Below are positions 53,200 to 64,000 of a stretch of 64,000 nucleotides of DNA, in pieces. Position 1 is the first letter of the stretch; every line of letters starts with the position of its first letter. A program made the translations under genes and the position numbers. Origin of the DNA: Fimicolochytrium jonesii (taxonomy: Eukaryota). The DNA lies in assembly GCF_025526975.1 (NCBI RefSeq), contig NW_026515670.1, positions 124,001 through 188,000 of the forward strand. Direction: 5' to 3'. The notes beneath the pieces were generated by a model, which saw nothing but the letters and a program-made list of their open reading frames with translations, ran no database searches and was not told the DNA's origin.

Positions 53200-56100
53200 T
53201 AGCACTGTGTCCAAAAGTTGAGATATGAATTGGATAACACTATAGAAGTTGGTATGACAATCCTTGCGCTTAACTGCGTATTCGTCGAAGAGAACAGCAA
53301 CGGCACTTGGAAACTGAACGGGTAACGAGTCTGATAATTGTTGATATCGCAATAATACGACACTCCTCTACTAGCCACTACAGTAGAAGATTGGTCTAAT
53401 ATTTGAACAGTTATCGTGACTCGACTGTTCATTGCATTCATATATCCCATAAAGGAAACATGCGCGACCACTCCCGACATACCTGCTTTCCAATTTATGG
53501 GACCGAAGCCCCCCGTGTAGCCATTTGCGTTTGTCAACAACGCATCAACAACACCGTCTTCTATGCAAACTGCAGATTGAATGATTTGTGAAGCATAGAT
53601 GTTCGTACTACAAGTCAAATCATTCTTTACCAAGGCTGTTGTATTGCATGTCAAGGAATTCACAGTTGCTGAACCACTTGATGAAACGGTTCCCGTAGTT
53701 ATCGCACCCGAAACATCTATATTGTTTGCAGAAGCACTGACAAGGGTCGCTTTCGGAACAGCCTGATTGAACTGAATCTGGCGGATAGCGACCCCTCCTG
53801 TTGCTGTCTGATTCGCGTACTGCCATGCGATACCCCATACTACATAAGGCGTGGTGTTTGCAAAACTAAACGTATTTCCATCAGTGGTCCAAGTAGAACC
53901 AGGTATATTCGAAAACGTTGCGATTGTTACCATAGCCGACTCGGTTGTTCCGGCAATCACGGAGAACGTAGTAGGCATCGCCACGGCGTCCATCAGGTAG
54001 GCGGTGAGTTTAAGAGAAGCCATAGCAATGGCCGACGGGAGTCTCAATAACGACCAATGCAAACTCTGTGTTGTTCCATCTAAGCCTAAATTGGCTGTTG
54101 AAGTGCTTGCGGTCGCCCATCGTAATCTGGATGCAATACTCGCATTCATGTAAGCGTCGAATGGATGACCAGTGTATCCATCTACACCGTTTCCATTTGC
54201 GTAGGTATATTCTGAAGACGCGCTCACAGTGTACCCGTTCCATGAAGAACCTGTTGCGGGCGTTGTGGGGTAAGGGAACAAAGTAGTTTTCGATGTTAAG
54301 GCAGGACTGTTCAAATCACCGGTCACATTGAGATTTGACCCGACATATAAAGATTTTGCTACAGATGCGCCTCCACTCACTACAAGGGCGCCTGATGTAG
54401 AGGTTGCATCCGCAGTGTTCAAGACAGAGACGTTACCTCCAACATATACGTTCTTTGCAACAGAAGCGCCTCCAGAGACTTGCAACGCACCGGTTCCAAC
54501 GCCTGTGGAATCCGTCGTTGTCCAAACTTGAATTCCTGCTGCACTTATTGATGCCGCTAATACATTTCCTGTCGCGGGGGAAGACGAACCCGTCCCTGTG
54601 GTCGAGTTATTCATGTAAAAATCTAAAGCATTCCCAGAATCCATATTCGAAACAGCGTTGTGTCGTGATTTGATGAAATGTCTGTATCCTGACCCTCCAG
54701 CGCTGAACTCGAATGAGATTCCCCCACTACCCGAAGCGCCCAAATTGGTAGCACCGCCTCCAATTGTCAGCCATTTCGCTATTCCAGCCCCTCCTCTTAC
54801 CTGAAGCGAACCTGATGTTGACGAAGTTGAATCTGCAGTTGATTGTATCTGTACACTTGGGAGATTACTGTTTATCACAAAGTTAGCGCCAGACCCCGAA
54901 TAGAGGAAAAAGTTTCCAGCGTTTGGGGCACTTGTACCAGTTCCAGCATAACCGAATGCTCCCACCACCGTTCCTGTATTGTTAAGGAAACCGATAGTAG
55001 AAAACCCAGATGCCGAAAGACTCTGAAGTTTCAAAACGTCAACGGAAGTTGAGTTTACTTGCAGTGTATGGCTTCCAGTAGCCGATGAACCAGCAAATAG
55101 AGATTTTGCGATTCCGACGCCACCAGACACTTGCAAAGCACCTGTTGTTGTAGAAGATGAATCTACTGGAGATTCGGCGATAACTGCTCCATCCCCGCGT
55201 ACACTCAAACCATATGATTGATTGGCTATCTGCAGTTTGATATAATTGTTTGCAGAGCCAGTACCTGTCAAGACGAAACTCATCTGTCCACAGTTCATGG
55301 ATGTGTTGCTCTGTCCAAGGGTTATCCAGTTGGAGAATCCAGTAGCCATATTGGGTAGAAGAAACGTGGCAGCGTTTGTATAGCCCGTACCCGCCATAGT
55401 TGAGGTGAGAACCCCCCCGATGGAAACGCTTTTCCCCACACCTAACCCTCCTACCACTTGCAATGCCCCAGTTGTTGTAGAAGAGGAGTCGGTTACAGAT
55501 GAAATAATAACCTCTGAAGTGGGCTTCACTTGTAAAGGCAAGGTTTGGGTCAAACTGTTGTACAGGTAGAACCCCCCTGGCCCGGTATTTACACCGGATG
55601 AACCGTTAATGCCAAAATAAAAACCAGAGTTCGTTACACTTGTATTTGTGAATCCGAATTGAACATAATTGCTGCCATTTCCTGTCATATTCAACGCTGT
55701 CTGTGATGAGCCTGTGGTGACTGATAGTGTTGCAGTACCACCGACATACAGATTTTTCGCAATTCCAACGCCTCCGGCAACTTGCAAAGCACCTGTTGTT
55801 GTAGAAGTTGAATCAATTGTCGAATTCGAAATGAGAGCATTATTGGTATAATTTACAGATAAAGCCAAATTACCTGCGGAGGTGTTCCAAAGACCCAAAT
55901 TATTGGTTCCTGATGCACTCGTTTGTCCTATATGCCACCAATACCAGCCACCCCCATTGGAGTTTATTATACTCAAACCTGTTCCATTTCCAGCCACAGA
56001 TTCTTTAACTGTTATTCCGTTGCCAACCCATAACGCTTTAGATATACCGACTCCACCTGCAACTTGGAGAGAACCAGCATTTATAGCGTTGGAGTCAAGA

Positions 56101-59100
56101 GTAGAAGTAACTACAGTCGATGCAGCGTTATTTATATTCAGAGTCTGTCCTGTTGTGGTATTCAGGTTCGCTGTTGTTCCTCCTAGGAATACGGTGCCGC
56201 CAACCACCACACTTTTCCCCACACCAACTCCTCCAACAACTTGGAGCGCACCTGATGTAATCGAGGTAGAATCAGTCGTTCCGGCAATTTGAACATTCGA
56301 TGCAGCATTCCCCAGAGATGTGATTCCTGATTGACTAGCATTGATGCTGAAAACATTTCCAGTTTTTGTCAATCCGGTCCCAGCAGTTGAAACTAGACCA
56401 TCAACGTAGGCTTTTGTTGTCGCGTGCATAGCCGATGTTGGTGTAGACACAGTGGCGGTTCCGCTGACATTCAATACACCAGATACATTTGCGTTACCCG
56501 TGACATTAAGTCCGCTTAGGCTAGAACTACCAATTACGTTCAAACTAGCATTAACCGTCACATCCTGCAAATCGCTGTTTCCAGAGACAATCAGGTCAGA
56601 CGCTCGAACTTGAGCAAATTGTGCAATACCATCAACGGAAAGCCCAAACGAGTTCAAATCTGTCGAAGTTAAGTGTAGACTATTTAATGAAACATCTGGT
56701 TTTACGGATAGCGCCGTACCTGTTTTTGTAAGATTATTACCAGCATTTGTTGTTTGAGCATCCACATAAGACTTTAATGCAACATTCTGGTCTAGATTCG
56801 TGTATGGCAAGATACCTGTCACATCTGTTGTGAGCGTAATGGTGTTCTTTAACGCGATGGAGCCGAGCCCTAATGCCGTTCTAGATGCTGATGGAGTTGT
56901 TGAGACAAAATTACTTCCATCTGCAACAAGGAAATTATTGAGAGTTGGGGTGCTCGAAGATATAGCAGTCAATTTGGGATTGAGAGGTTGAGCATTTCCG
57001 GATGTTGTAGAAATCAATCCGTCCACATATGATTTTGTTACAGCATGCGAAGGCGTGGTTGGAGTAGGTACGGTTATTGACCCTGTAAATGTGCTAGAAC
57101 CAGAAACGGTGAGACCCGTTAAAGTACCCACACTTGTGATTTGTGTTTGTACAGGATTCACACTTAGCGTCTGAGCGGTTTTCGAGAGGCCGGTTCCTGC
57201 AATAACAATGTTCGGATCAACAGACCCAAAAGGAAGAATTCCGGTGACATCTGTACTTGCGAGATTGATAACGGATTTAGCCGCCAAACTGCCAAGTGTA
57301 GGCTTGTTTATCAGTAAAGCCGAAGTGTAATCTATATTACTCAGTGCTGCAAGAGAACCAAGAGTTGGCTTTCCAGTAATGTACGTCGAAGCATAGTCAA
57401 TACTGCTAAGTGCTGCAAGCGAGCCAAGCGTAGGTTTCCCTGTTATGTATGTACTCGTATAATCAATGCTATTTAGCGCAGCGAGACTGCCAAGGACAGG
57501 TTTGTTCACCAACGCCGAACTTGTGTAGTCTAACGTATCGAGTAAACTCAGATTCTTTAAGGACAAGTTCGCACGAACGTCTGCTGGGGAATACTGAATG
57601 AAGTTCCCACCCGATGCGATAAGCATAAAAGTATTTGTCGGGGCAATGTTTCCGAAGTTTGTTAGACGAGCATTGAGCGGCTGCAACGTCGCCGCAAGGT
57701 TATCTACATATCCTTTGTTTGCAGCATTTCCAGCGGCTATTGGAGTCGGACAAAGTAAAACAGATGAAACGGTGACTGAATTAAAGGTTTGTCCGCTGTT
57801 CAACGAAACGGCACCGGTGGTAGGATTTCGAACTAAACCAGTGGTGAATGAAAGTCCACTTACTTGGGAAAAGGGCAGAGTTCCAGTCTTATCAAACTTG
57901 GTATCGATGCTACTTTGCAGCAGAGATGTGTTCTGGCTTATAACATTCATATATGCTGGTTGATTCACATCCGTGTCCCACTCTTTTAATATGTCGAGAT
58001 TCACGGACTGTTGACCATACTCTTTCGCTACACCTCTCCACCAACATGGAGGGGGTTTATCAAACATCAATCGGGTCACATCACAATCCGTGTCGTTGAT
58101 TTTTGGAAAAGTTGCTATGATAACCTCACTACCGTCTACCAAAACCGGGTTCCCGTCTGCCCCGATAATATTCGTTCCGTCCGAATTCGTCTTGTTTTGC
58201 CTGCGTCTGCCTGACTCTTGAAGCAGACCCCCGAGAACCGCCACTCCACCTGCCGCTCCAGCAAGTGCTCCGATAGCACCAAATGCCGAACTGGCAGAAG
58301 CCACCGCTCCAGCCGCGGGTGCAGCACCGATAAGAGAACTGGCTGCCCCAAGAGCCGCCCCAAGGGGTCCAACAAGTGATACTGTACTTGGGGCAGATGA
58401 AGCAGTCAATGGGTCCGATTCACCAGATGGCTCCGAATCCTCATTTTTCTCTTCCGGGTCATCGTCTTCCTTTTTCTTTTTGTATGGCTGGATAGATGAA
58501 ATAGTATAACCTGTTAATGGGCTTCCAACACAGATAATGCCTTCACCACCACTGATTTCAGTACCTTGAGCGCTGATTACATAGCCGCTCTTTGAACTTC
58601 CAGAAACAGTCACGCCGCTACCAGAAGACACGTTGACATCCGGAATGTTTGCAGAAATCGTATTTCCTGTGATACTGATGTTCTGACCCGCCTGATAATT
58701 ACCTTTCAGCGTGGAGCCTTGCTTGACAATTGTGGAGCCATCTGCTGTAATTTTAGAAGAGATGGTAGCGGTGGATTGATTCCAAGATAAATCTTCATCC
58801 GTTTTGAGATCTAGATTGACCGTCGCCGAACCGATCTGTGAGTCTGTATGAAAACCGTTACCGAAATGGTAATTCGTTCCGGTCAATTTCCCGTTGTTCA
58901 CAGTAATCGTGTCTCCATCAACCAGAGCGACTTTGTCTATATCCAGTACATTTTCATTCATCAGAAGTCCGGAATCCGCCTTTACTTCGATATTACCTTC
59001 AATGCCTCCCGTCTCATTATCGACAAGAATTTGCGCATTCTTACTCGTGATATTCAAATTGACTTTGTTCAGTCCCACCTTTTCCAACCCGGGTCCAACA

Positions 59101-60458
59101 TCGAGTGCAAGTTGTACATCGTTATTTGTTCCTTCCCTCAGTTTCAATCCATTTTGGCTCTGGAAATTCAACCCCGAGGCAATCTTTCCATCAACGACCC
59201 TGACTGATGAGCCGTTTACGATAGCGGATGGATTCACTGAAAGATTTTGTGAAGAGTCAATTGCTAAACTTGCATCTGTTCTAACATCGATAGTACGCCG
59301 ACCATTGGACACTCCGGATATGTCTATACCTGACCCTGCTTGGTACAATTGCTCTACGTACCCGGATGTCACCACTTCATTGTTCGAAGGGTCGAAGTTG
59401 CTGGTAACGTATACATGCGGAACATGTAGTTCATTGAGTGTTTCATTATACATAAAACTACTGTCTCCATTTAACCCCGATAATGCAGAATAGAATGGTA
59501 CTTGCCCCATACCCTTCGAGCGGATAGCCAATTTTCCTCCTGTTTGTTGGAAATCATCAGTCGTCTTCAAACGCACAACAGTTGTATCAACATCCGTATC
59601 TGATCCCAGAAAGTCCGCAAGGGAATCAAAACCGGTCTCTAGAAGGTCATCGAGTGCAAGACTTCCTGCTTTATCATTCGAAATAGCCCCTCGTCCAACA
59701 ATCACTGTATCAACGTCGGTTTCCAAGTTCCCTTCATCATTTACTTTCAGACCTTTTCCATAATCAAGATGAATTACCTTGTCTGCATCTTTCGAGAGCG
59801 GTTCTGCTACCTCCAAAGATTAATCAACGATCGCCTGAATGTTCTCTGGAACAACAGACAACTGACCGTTTTCAACTGTCAATGTGGAGTCAATATCCAA
59901 AGAGATTCCTTGTACGTTACGCTTCAAAGGACTTATAACGGATTCTTTCACAACTGCTAACTTACCATTACTGACCTCGAATGAATCATCATCAAAGTCC
60001 AACTTTATTCCTTCATCATTTCTTGACAACGGCTCTTGAAGATTTTCCAGTTCAGGCGGGGGAAAGTTAACAGTCAACCCTTCTGCACCTACTGAAAGCG
60101 ATTGGTCGTGGAACAAATTGAGACCGTTTTCATTGACTCCGAGAGGCAGGTTTGTTGAAAGGGAAACAGTTCGGCTTCCGTCATCCCTTTGGAGGGGAAA
60201 TTCCATATTGTCAGGGATTACTTCAACAGATGCAATTCCGTTGGTTTTGTGAATAATCGCATCTTCGCTGTCAACAAGGTCGTTCAACAAAATTGGTCCA
60301 TTTTCGTTCGATACCTTTTGAAAGCCTGCTGAATGAAAATTATCAATTGATACGTTCTCTCCATTAGCACGAAGACTATTGGTCACTAAAGGAGAAACGA
60401 GATTGGTTCGTTCAAGCACTCTGATTCCACTTGATGTTCGGGAATTTAGACCGCTCAT
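53196..60458 (-). CDS. Giant fibre/spike-like protein (~2420 codons) split by one in-frame TAA at 59820-22
   Basis: The 212-aa and 2206-aa ORFs share one frame (GAT TAA TCT TTG). Shaft-like repeats PLxxxxxxIxLxxDxxLxVxxGxL, neck motifs A(A/V/T)xKxYVD, and eight DSxSxxxGALQVxGGxGIxKxLxVG repeats. Confidence 0.8.
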
Positions 60459-60479
60459 TTACTAATTGCTAAAGAAAAA

Positions 60480-60776
60480 TTATCCGATTGGAGTTTGCTG
60501 TAAATGTTCTAAGAATTGATCACCGCCTTTATGGAAATCTTCAACTCTCTTTATTCCCAGATCTGCAAACTGTTGCCCTTTTCGCGCAGTTTCCTTGATT
60601 TTATCGTGGAAGACATCATTCTCTTGAATCCCTTTGTTTACATGGCTTGCTATCGCATATCCCTTTCGAGTAACGGAAACCGCTTTGTCTAGAAAATTCC
60701 TCGCCTTTCCGATATTTTGTGGCAGTTCGTTGAAAAATGTGCGCGCTTTTCCTCTCGCTTTTTGAAAGAATCCCAT
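60480..60776 (-). CDS. Small basic viral protein with amphipathic N-terminus
   Basis: MGFFQKARGKARTFFNELPQNIGKARNFLDKA; lies 21 bp upstream of the fibre gene on the same strand. Confidence 0.65.
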   Translation of the reverse strand: MGFFQKARGKARTFFNELPQNIGKARNFLDKAVSVTRKGYAIASHVNKGIQENDVFHDKIKETARKGQQFADLGIKRVEDFHKGGDQFLEHLQQTPIG

Positions 60777-60824
60777 TGAATATTCTTTTTCTTAACATGT
60801 ACTAAAGAATATATATTCCATTCT

Positions 60825-62290
60825 ATGTTGGTTCTTGACGACAAGTTTGCTCGATTGCCAAACAATACTTTTCCCTCCCCTCCAGTGTTGAATATCCATT
60901 CAAATCAGTTCGGTTACATACAGGGAAAGCCTGAAGAGACCTTTGACCGTTTATTCAAAACTCCCTTCTACGTTCCAGGCAAAGGGAAAATATCGGATGC
61001 ATTCTCTATAAAAAAGACTGTATATCAACCACTCAAACTCCGTGAAGGAGAGTACCAGTCTCAGATTGGAAAACAGGCTGTGGAAGCGCTCCATGCTATC
61101 GATAAGGAACGTGCAAGACAAGCATACTTTGATGAATTGGATAAAGACAATCTTTTCCCTCGACAAGGTCGAACGGTTTCTTTAACCAAAACCACAGCGT
61201 CGAAAGGCGATACAATCTACCATCAACCGAGTTACATTCGCGCTCAACAGAATCAATTCATTGGAGATGCATCATCCAATGTGCAACGAACCGGTGATAA
61301 TCACCTTCCGGAAAAAGCAAACATGAGTGAAGCAAATACGATACTTGGTAACAACAAGGTGGTAACAAAAATGAACGACCGTGAAACAATGACGGACGAA
61401 ATTGGTAGAATCGGTTCTGCTGAAAAGATAAGCATGTCAAATAGCCGCACACAGACAGATATTCCTCTCCATCGGGTTCGAGATCTTAGAACAGTTGAAA
61501 CGCAGAGTACAACACCGGATCTAGACAGCGATACGTTAGATCTTATATTCTCGTCTGGAGGAAAATTTCAACATTTTATGGATGGAGTAACAAACTGCGA
61601 ATCAAACCTTGCAAACACAACTCCGATCTCAAGAAGAGCAACTTGGAAGAATGACAACAGCCACAATGTCTACGTTCAGAAGAATGTTAGAATCGGTAGG
61701 TTTTAAAAATGTTCCTTCGACAATGACTCCGGACGAGATGGAACGACTTCTCAGCCAAGTGCAAAGCGTCACACCTATCGCATTAAGTGAAGTAGGGAGC
61801 GATGCAAAGATTGATAGAAACTTTAAGAAAGGAAAAGATTACAGAAAGCAAAGATGTAGGGACACAATATTCTCTTGGAGATGTGCCATGGGTTGCTAGA
61901 CCACGACCACCACCCATAATTACGAATTTCTCACCAACAATAAGTTATCCATCTGCCAGTTCAGCAGTAACTCAAAGCGACATTTTCCCGAATAGGAGTC
62001 CGAAATCTACCCTTTCAACTGGATCGGTAGGATCCCCTATGGATCTCTCCACACCAATTGAACAGTTTGTTACCGCCGAACCGATTACTCAAGTTCTTTC
62101 CCCAAATCTGGATTCTGCAACACCAACACAGAGAGATATCTTCACCGATTCCCCAGCAGTGAGGGCTCCAGAAAATACACCCATTGCGCCAATAAGGAAA
62201 AAGAACAGTACACGAACATCTTTACCTCCCGAGAGATTATCTTATGAACACGGCTGGGAACAATCTTCAAAACGGGCACGAAAAGTATAA
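60825..62290 (+). pseudogene. Viral hypothetical low-complexity gene, probably broken by two frameshifts
   Basis: Three overlapping + frames (60825-61706, 61609-61899, 61802-62290) with similar S/T/P-rich composition. Confidence 0.5.
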
Positions 62291-62378
62291 GATAAAAAGA
62301 TCATAATTGTATAGAAGGTTATAATTGTAATATTTGAGAATCATAGAGGATTCTGAAATGTACAAAAGCGCATAAGTT

Positions 62379-62516
62379 TTAAACGATCTTCTTCCCGGCT
62401 CGTCGAGCAAGGATAAATGGAAGCAATTGTGGAGGGATTACACCTTTTTTCGGTTTTCCAGATTTAGTTCTAGCAGGAATGCGAACTGGTTTCAAAACCT
62501 TTTGTTTTCTCGGCAT
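62379..62516 (-). CDS. 45-aa highly basic putative virion core protein
   Basis: MPRKQKVLKPVRIPARTKSGKPKKGVIPPQLLPFILARRAGKKIV has 14 K/R and no acidic residue. It starts 28 bp after the capsid stop and is below the ORF-track cutoff. Confidence 0.65.
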   Translation of the reverse strand: MPRKQKVLKPVRIPARTKSGKPKKGVIPPQLLPFILARRAGKKIV

Positions 62517-62544
62517 TGGTTTCTACTATATGATTAGAAGATTT

Positions 62545-63768
62545 TTATACAACATCGACGGTTGCTCCAATCAAGATGGTGCGTTGAGCATAGACGGTTG
62601 TTTGCAATGAAACACTGGTACTCGGGGCCGGGAGATTGTGATTTGTGATTAGATGTACGTTTCCGGAGCCTCCGAGTAGGTTCAAAGCGCTACTGGAATC
62701 TTCATCTGCGCTTTGCCACGAATAACGCATTACGAACTGTTTGTTGTAAAAGTTATCGAGGTCCAAGTCTTCAGAGGCGTATGATGTATTATCATTCATG
62801 GAGAGGTTGCCTATCATAACCGTATCTTCTACCTGGAAATCTTCGGTTAAAGGTAATCTATATTGTCCTATCTGATACCTCCATGACTTCAAGTTGGCTG
62901 TATCATAAATCAAACTTTTGTCCCCTGATGTAGTGGCGTATTTATTATCGTCTCTAAACCTATGTGTTAATCCGACAATCCGGCCGTTTGTGAGTGGGAG
63001 AATCCAGTTGTTTTGAGACGAACCACTACAGACATTTGAGAGTTGTTGAACACCTACTACATCCATTTCGAGATACTTCCCTGCCCGAATTCCGGACCAC
63101 AATGCGGACATATAAGCGGCACTCGGGACCACAAGTTGTGCTACATAACGAAGATTTGAAACTTCAAAGTATACTCCGGAACCAACATTGCTAAACGCTT
63201 GCTGCGGTGTGTTTAAAGTGAATGTCAATTCCACCAATTGATTCGGCAAAATCGCTAGTGGAATCGGGTTTCCGTTCAAATTTCTCATGGACCCTGCCAA
63301 CAAATGGTGTTTGAATGTGAAAGTTCCGTTGGGATTTTTGAACGCATCCGGGTTACCTGCTCCTTCGTTATATTTCAAATATTTTCGTTTCTCAGCCTCC
63401 ACAAACTGGAGAGTGTCCGCAACAAAACTTGGTACATCTTCAATTTCGTCAACAACTTTTCCGCCAAATCGCACGTTCATCGTTCGGAAGCAAGCCATTG
63501 CACCGATTTGAGAAATCTGCGCATCCGTGACGGGGCTTCCATCCGCATTTTTCACAGAGATGGTTCCCGATAGATACGAGCGTTGAGGTCTCAAAAAGGA
63601 ACTATTGGAATCAACTACGATTTTTATAGCATTTCCAGGTGATTTTGAACTAAACGTCTCCTTGATTGGGCGATAAATCGCAATATTTTCGCTGAGAGCG
63701 TCTGAATGCATCGAAAATTGTCTGCTACTATAGATCCAGTTTGAAGGAACAACGGGATTTGTTGACAT
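62545..63768 (-). CDS. Major capsid protein, double-jelly-roll type of Polinton-like viruses/virophages
   Basis: Intact 407-aa beta-rich ORF. N-terminal pattern FSSKSPGNAIKIVV...FLRPQRSYLSGTISV...GAMACFRTMNVRFGGKVVDEI, then IPLAIL...VELTFTL and FEVSNLRYVAQLV, typical of PLV capsids by recognition. Confidence 0.8.
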   Translation of the reverse strand: MSTNPVVPSNWIYSSRQFSMHSDALSENIAIYRPIKETFSSKSPGNAIKIVVDSNSSFLRPQRSYLSGTISVKNADGSPVTDAQISQIGAMACFRTMNVRFGGKVVDEIEDVPSFVADTLQFVEAEKRKYLKYNEGAGNPDAFKNPNGTFTFKHHLLAGSMRNLNGNPIPLAILPNQLVELTFTLNTPQQAFSNVGSGVYFEVSNLRYVAQLVVPSAAYMSALWSGIRAGKYLEMDVVGVQQLSNVCSGSSQNNWILPLTNGRIVGLTHRFRDDNKYATTSGDKSLIYDTANLKSWRYQIGQYRLPLTEDFQVEDTVMIGNLSMNDNTSYASEDLDLDNFYNKQFVMRYSWQSADEDSSSALNLLGGSGNVHLITNHNLPAPSTSVSLQTTVYAQRTILIGATVDVV

Positions 63769-63823
63769 TATTTTTAGTTATAATGGTTTAACATATCTCT
63801 AAGAAAAAAATAATCAACGTCCA

Positions 63824-64000
63824 TCAACGTCCGCCAAAGATTCCCATATACGGATCATCATCTGCTTCGGGAGGATCGAATTCTACAAACGTGTTTTCCT
63901 CCACAGAGTCGTCTTTGTACGCAGCAGGTTGAAGCGCTTTGGGCATTCGATTGATTTTTGCTATACGCTCTTGTCGCTTTTGTTCAGCAATTTTCTTTTT
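63824..64000 (-). pseudogene. 3' end of an upstream viral ORF, cut by the window edge and apparently frameshifted
   Basis: KKIAEQKRQERIAK continues as INRMPKALQP...DPYMGIFGGR* only after a frame change in an A6 run. Confidence 0.35.

Larger units (their letters stand above)
51892..64000. mobile_element. Endogenous Polinton-like virus / virophage-like element (left part; continues past the window)
   Basis: Abrupt shift to AT-richer, intronless, tightly packed ORFs including a capsid-like and a fibre-like gene, with a structured non-coding terminus. Confidence 0.85.

Noticed and set aside
53196..59816. Bacterial autotransporter or contaminating phage DNA
   Set aside because: No signal peptide or beta-barrel, no clear Shine-Dalgarno sites, and the neighbouring capsid is PLV-like. 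The junction still needs read support.
60455..63790. Shared TAGTA late-promoter motif upstream of viral structural genes
   Set aside because: Present before three ORFs at inconsistent spacing, absent before the capsid gene, and too short in AT-rich DNA.

Overview
Intron-rich, high-GC eukaryotic DNA, most consistent with a zoosporic (chytrid-like) fungus; the evidence is fungal-type tropomyosin, QCR6 and Brl1 together with parvin and a centriolar LRRCC1-like gene. Positions ~1.7-42.4 kb are a compact host gene neighbourhood: mitochondrial uS7, roadblock dynein light chain, two F-box genes, ERCC1/RAD10, parvin, BRL1/BRR6, ATX1, a WD40 gene, UBA4/MOCS3, LRRCC1-like, AOS1/SAE1, a C2-like gene, QCR6, a 123-aa tropomyosin, a CE12-like SGNH esterase, annexin, and one inactivated Tc1/mariner with intact TIRs. 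From ~42.5 kb to the end lies a nested stack of mobile elements. (1) An 8-exon Fanzor1 (TnpB-derived RNA-guided nuclease) gene with a candidate omegaRNA hairpin and a divergent partner gene. (2) A decayed Ty3/gypsy LTR element inserted into that partner gene. (3) An AT-richer, intronless endogenous Polinton-like virus (PLV) that truncates the gypsy element at a perfect 50-bp palindrome followed by iteron-like repeats. The virus encodes a double-jelly-roll-type major capsid protein, a ~2,400-aa fibre-like protein and small basic proteins, and it runs off the window. All exon boundaries and family calls were made by eye; no database search was run.
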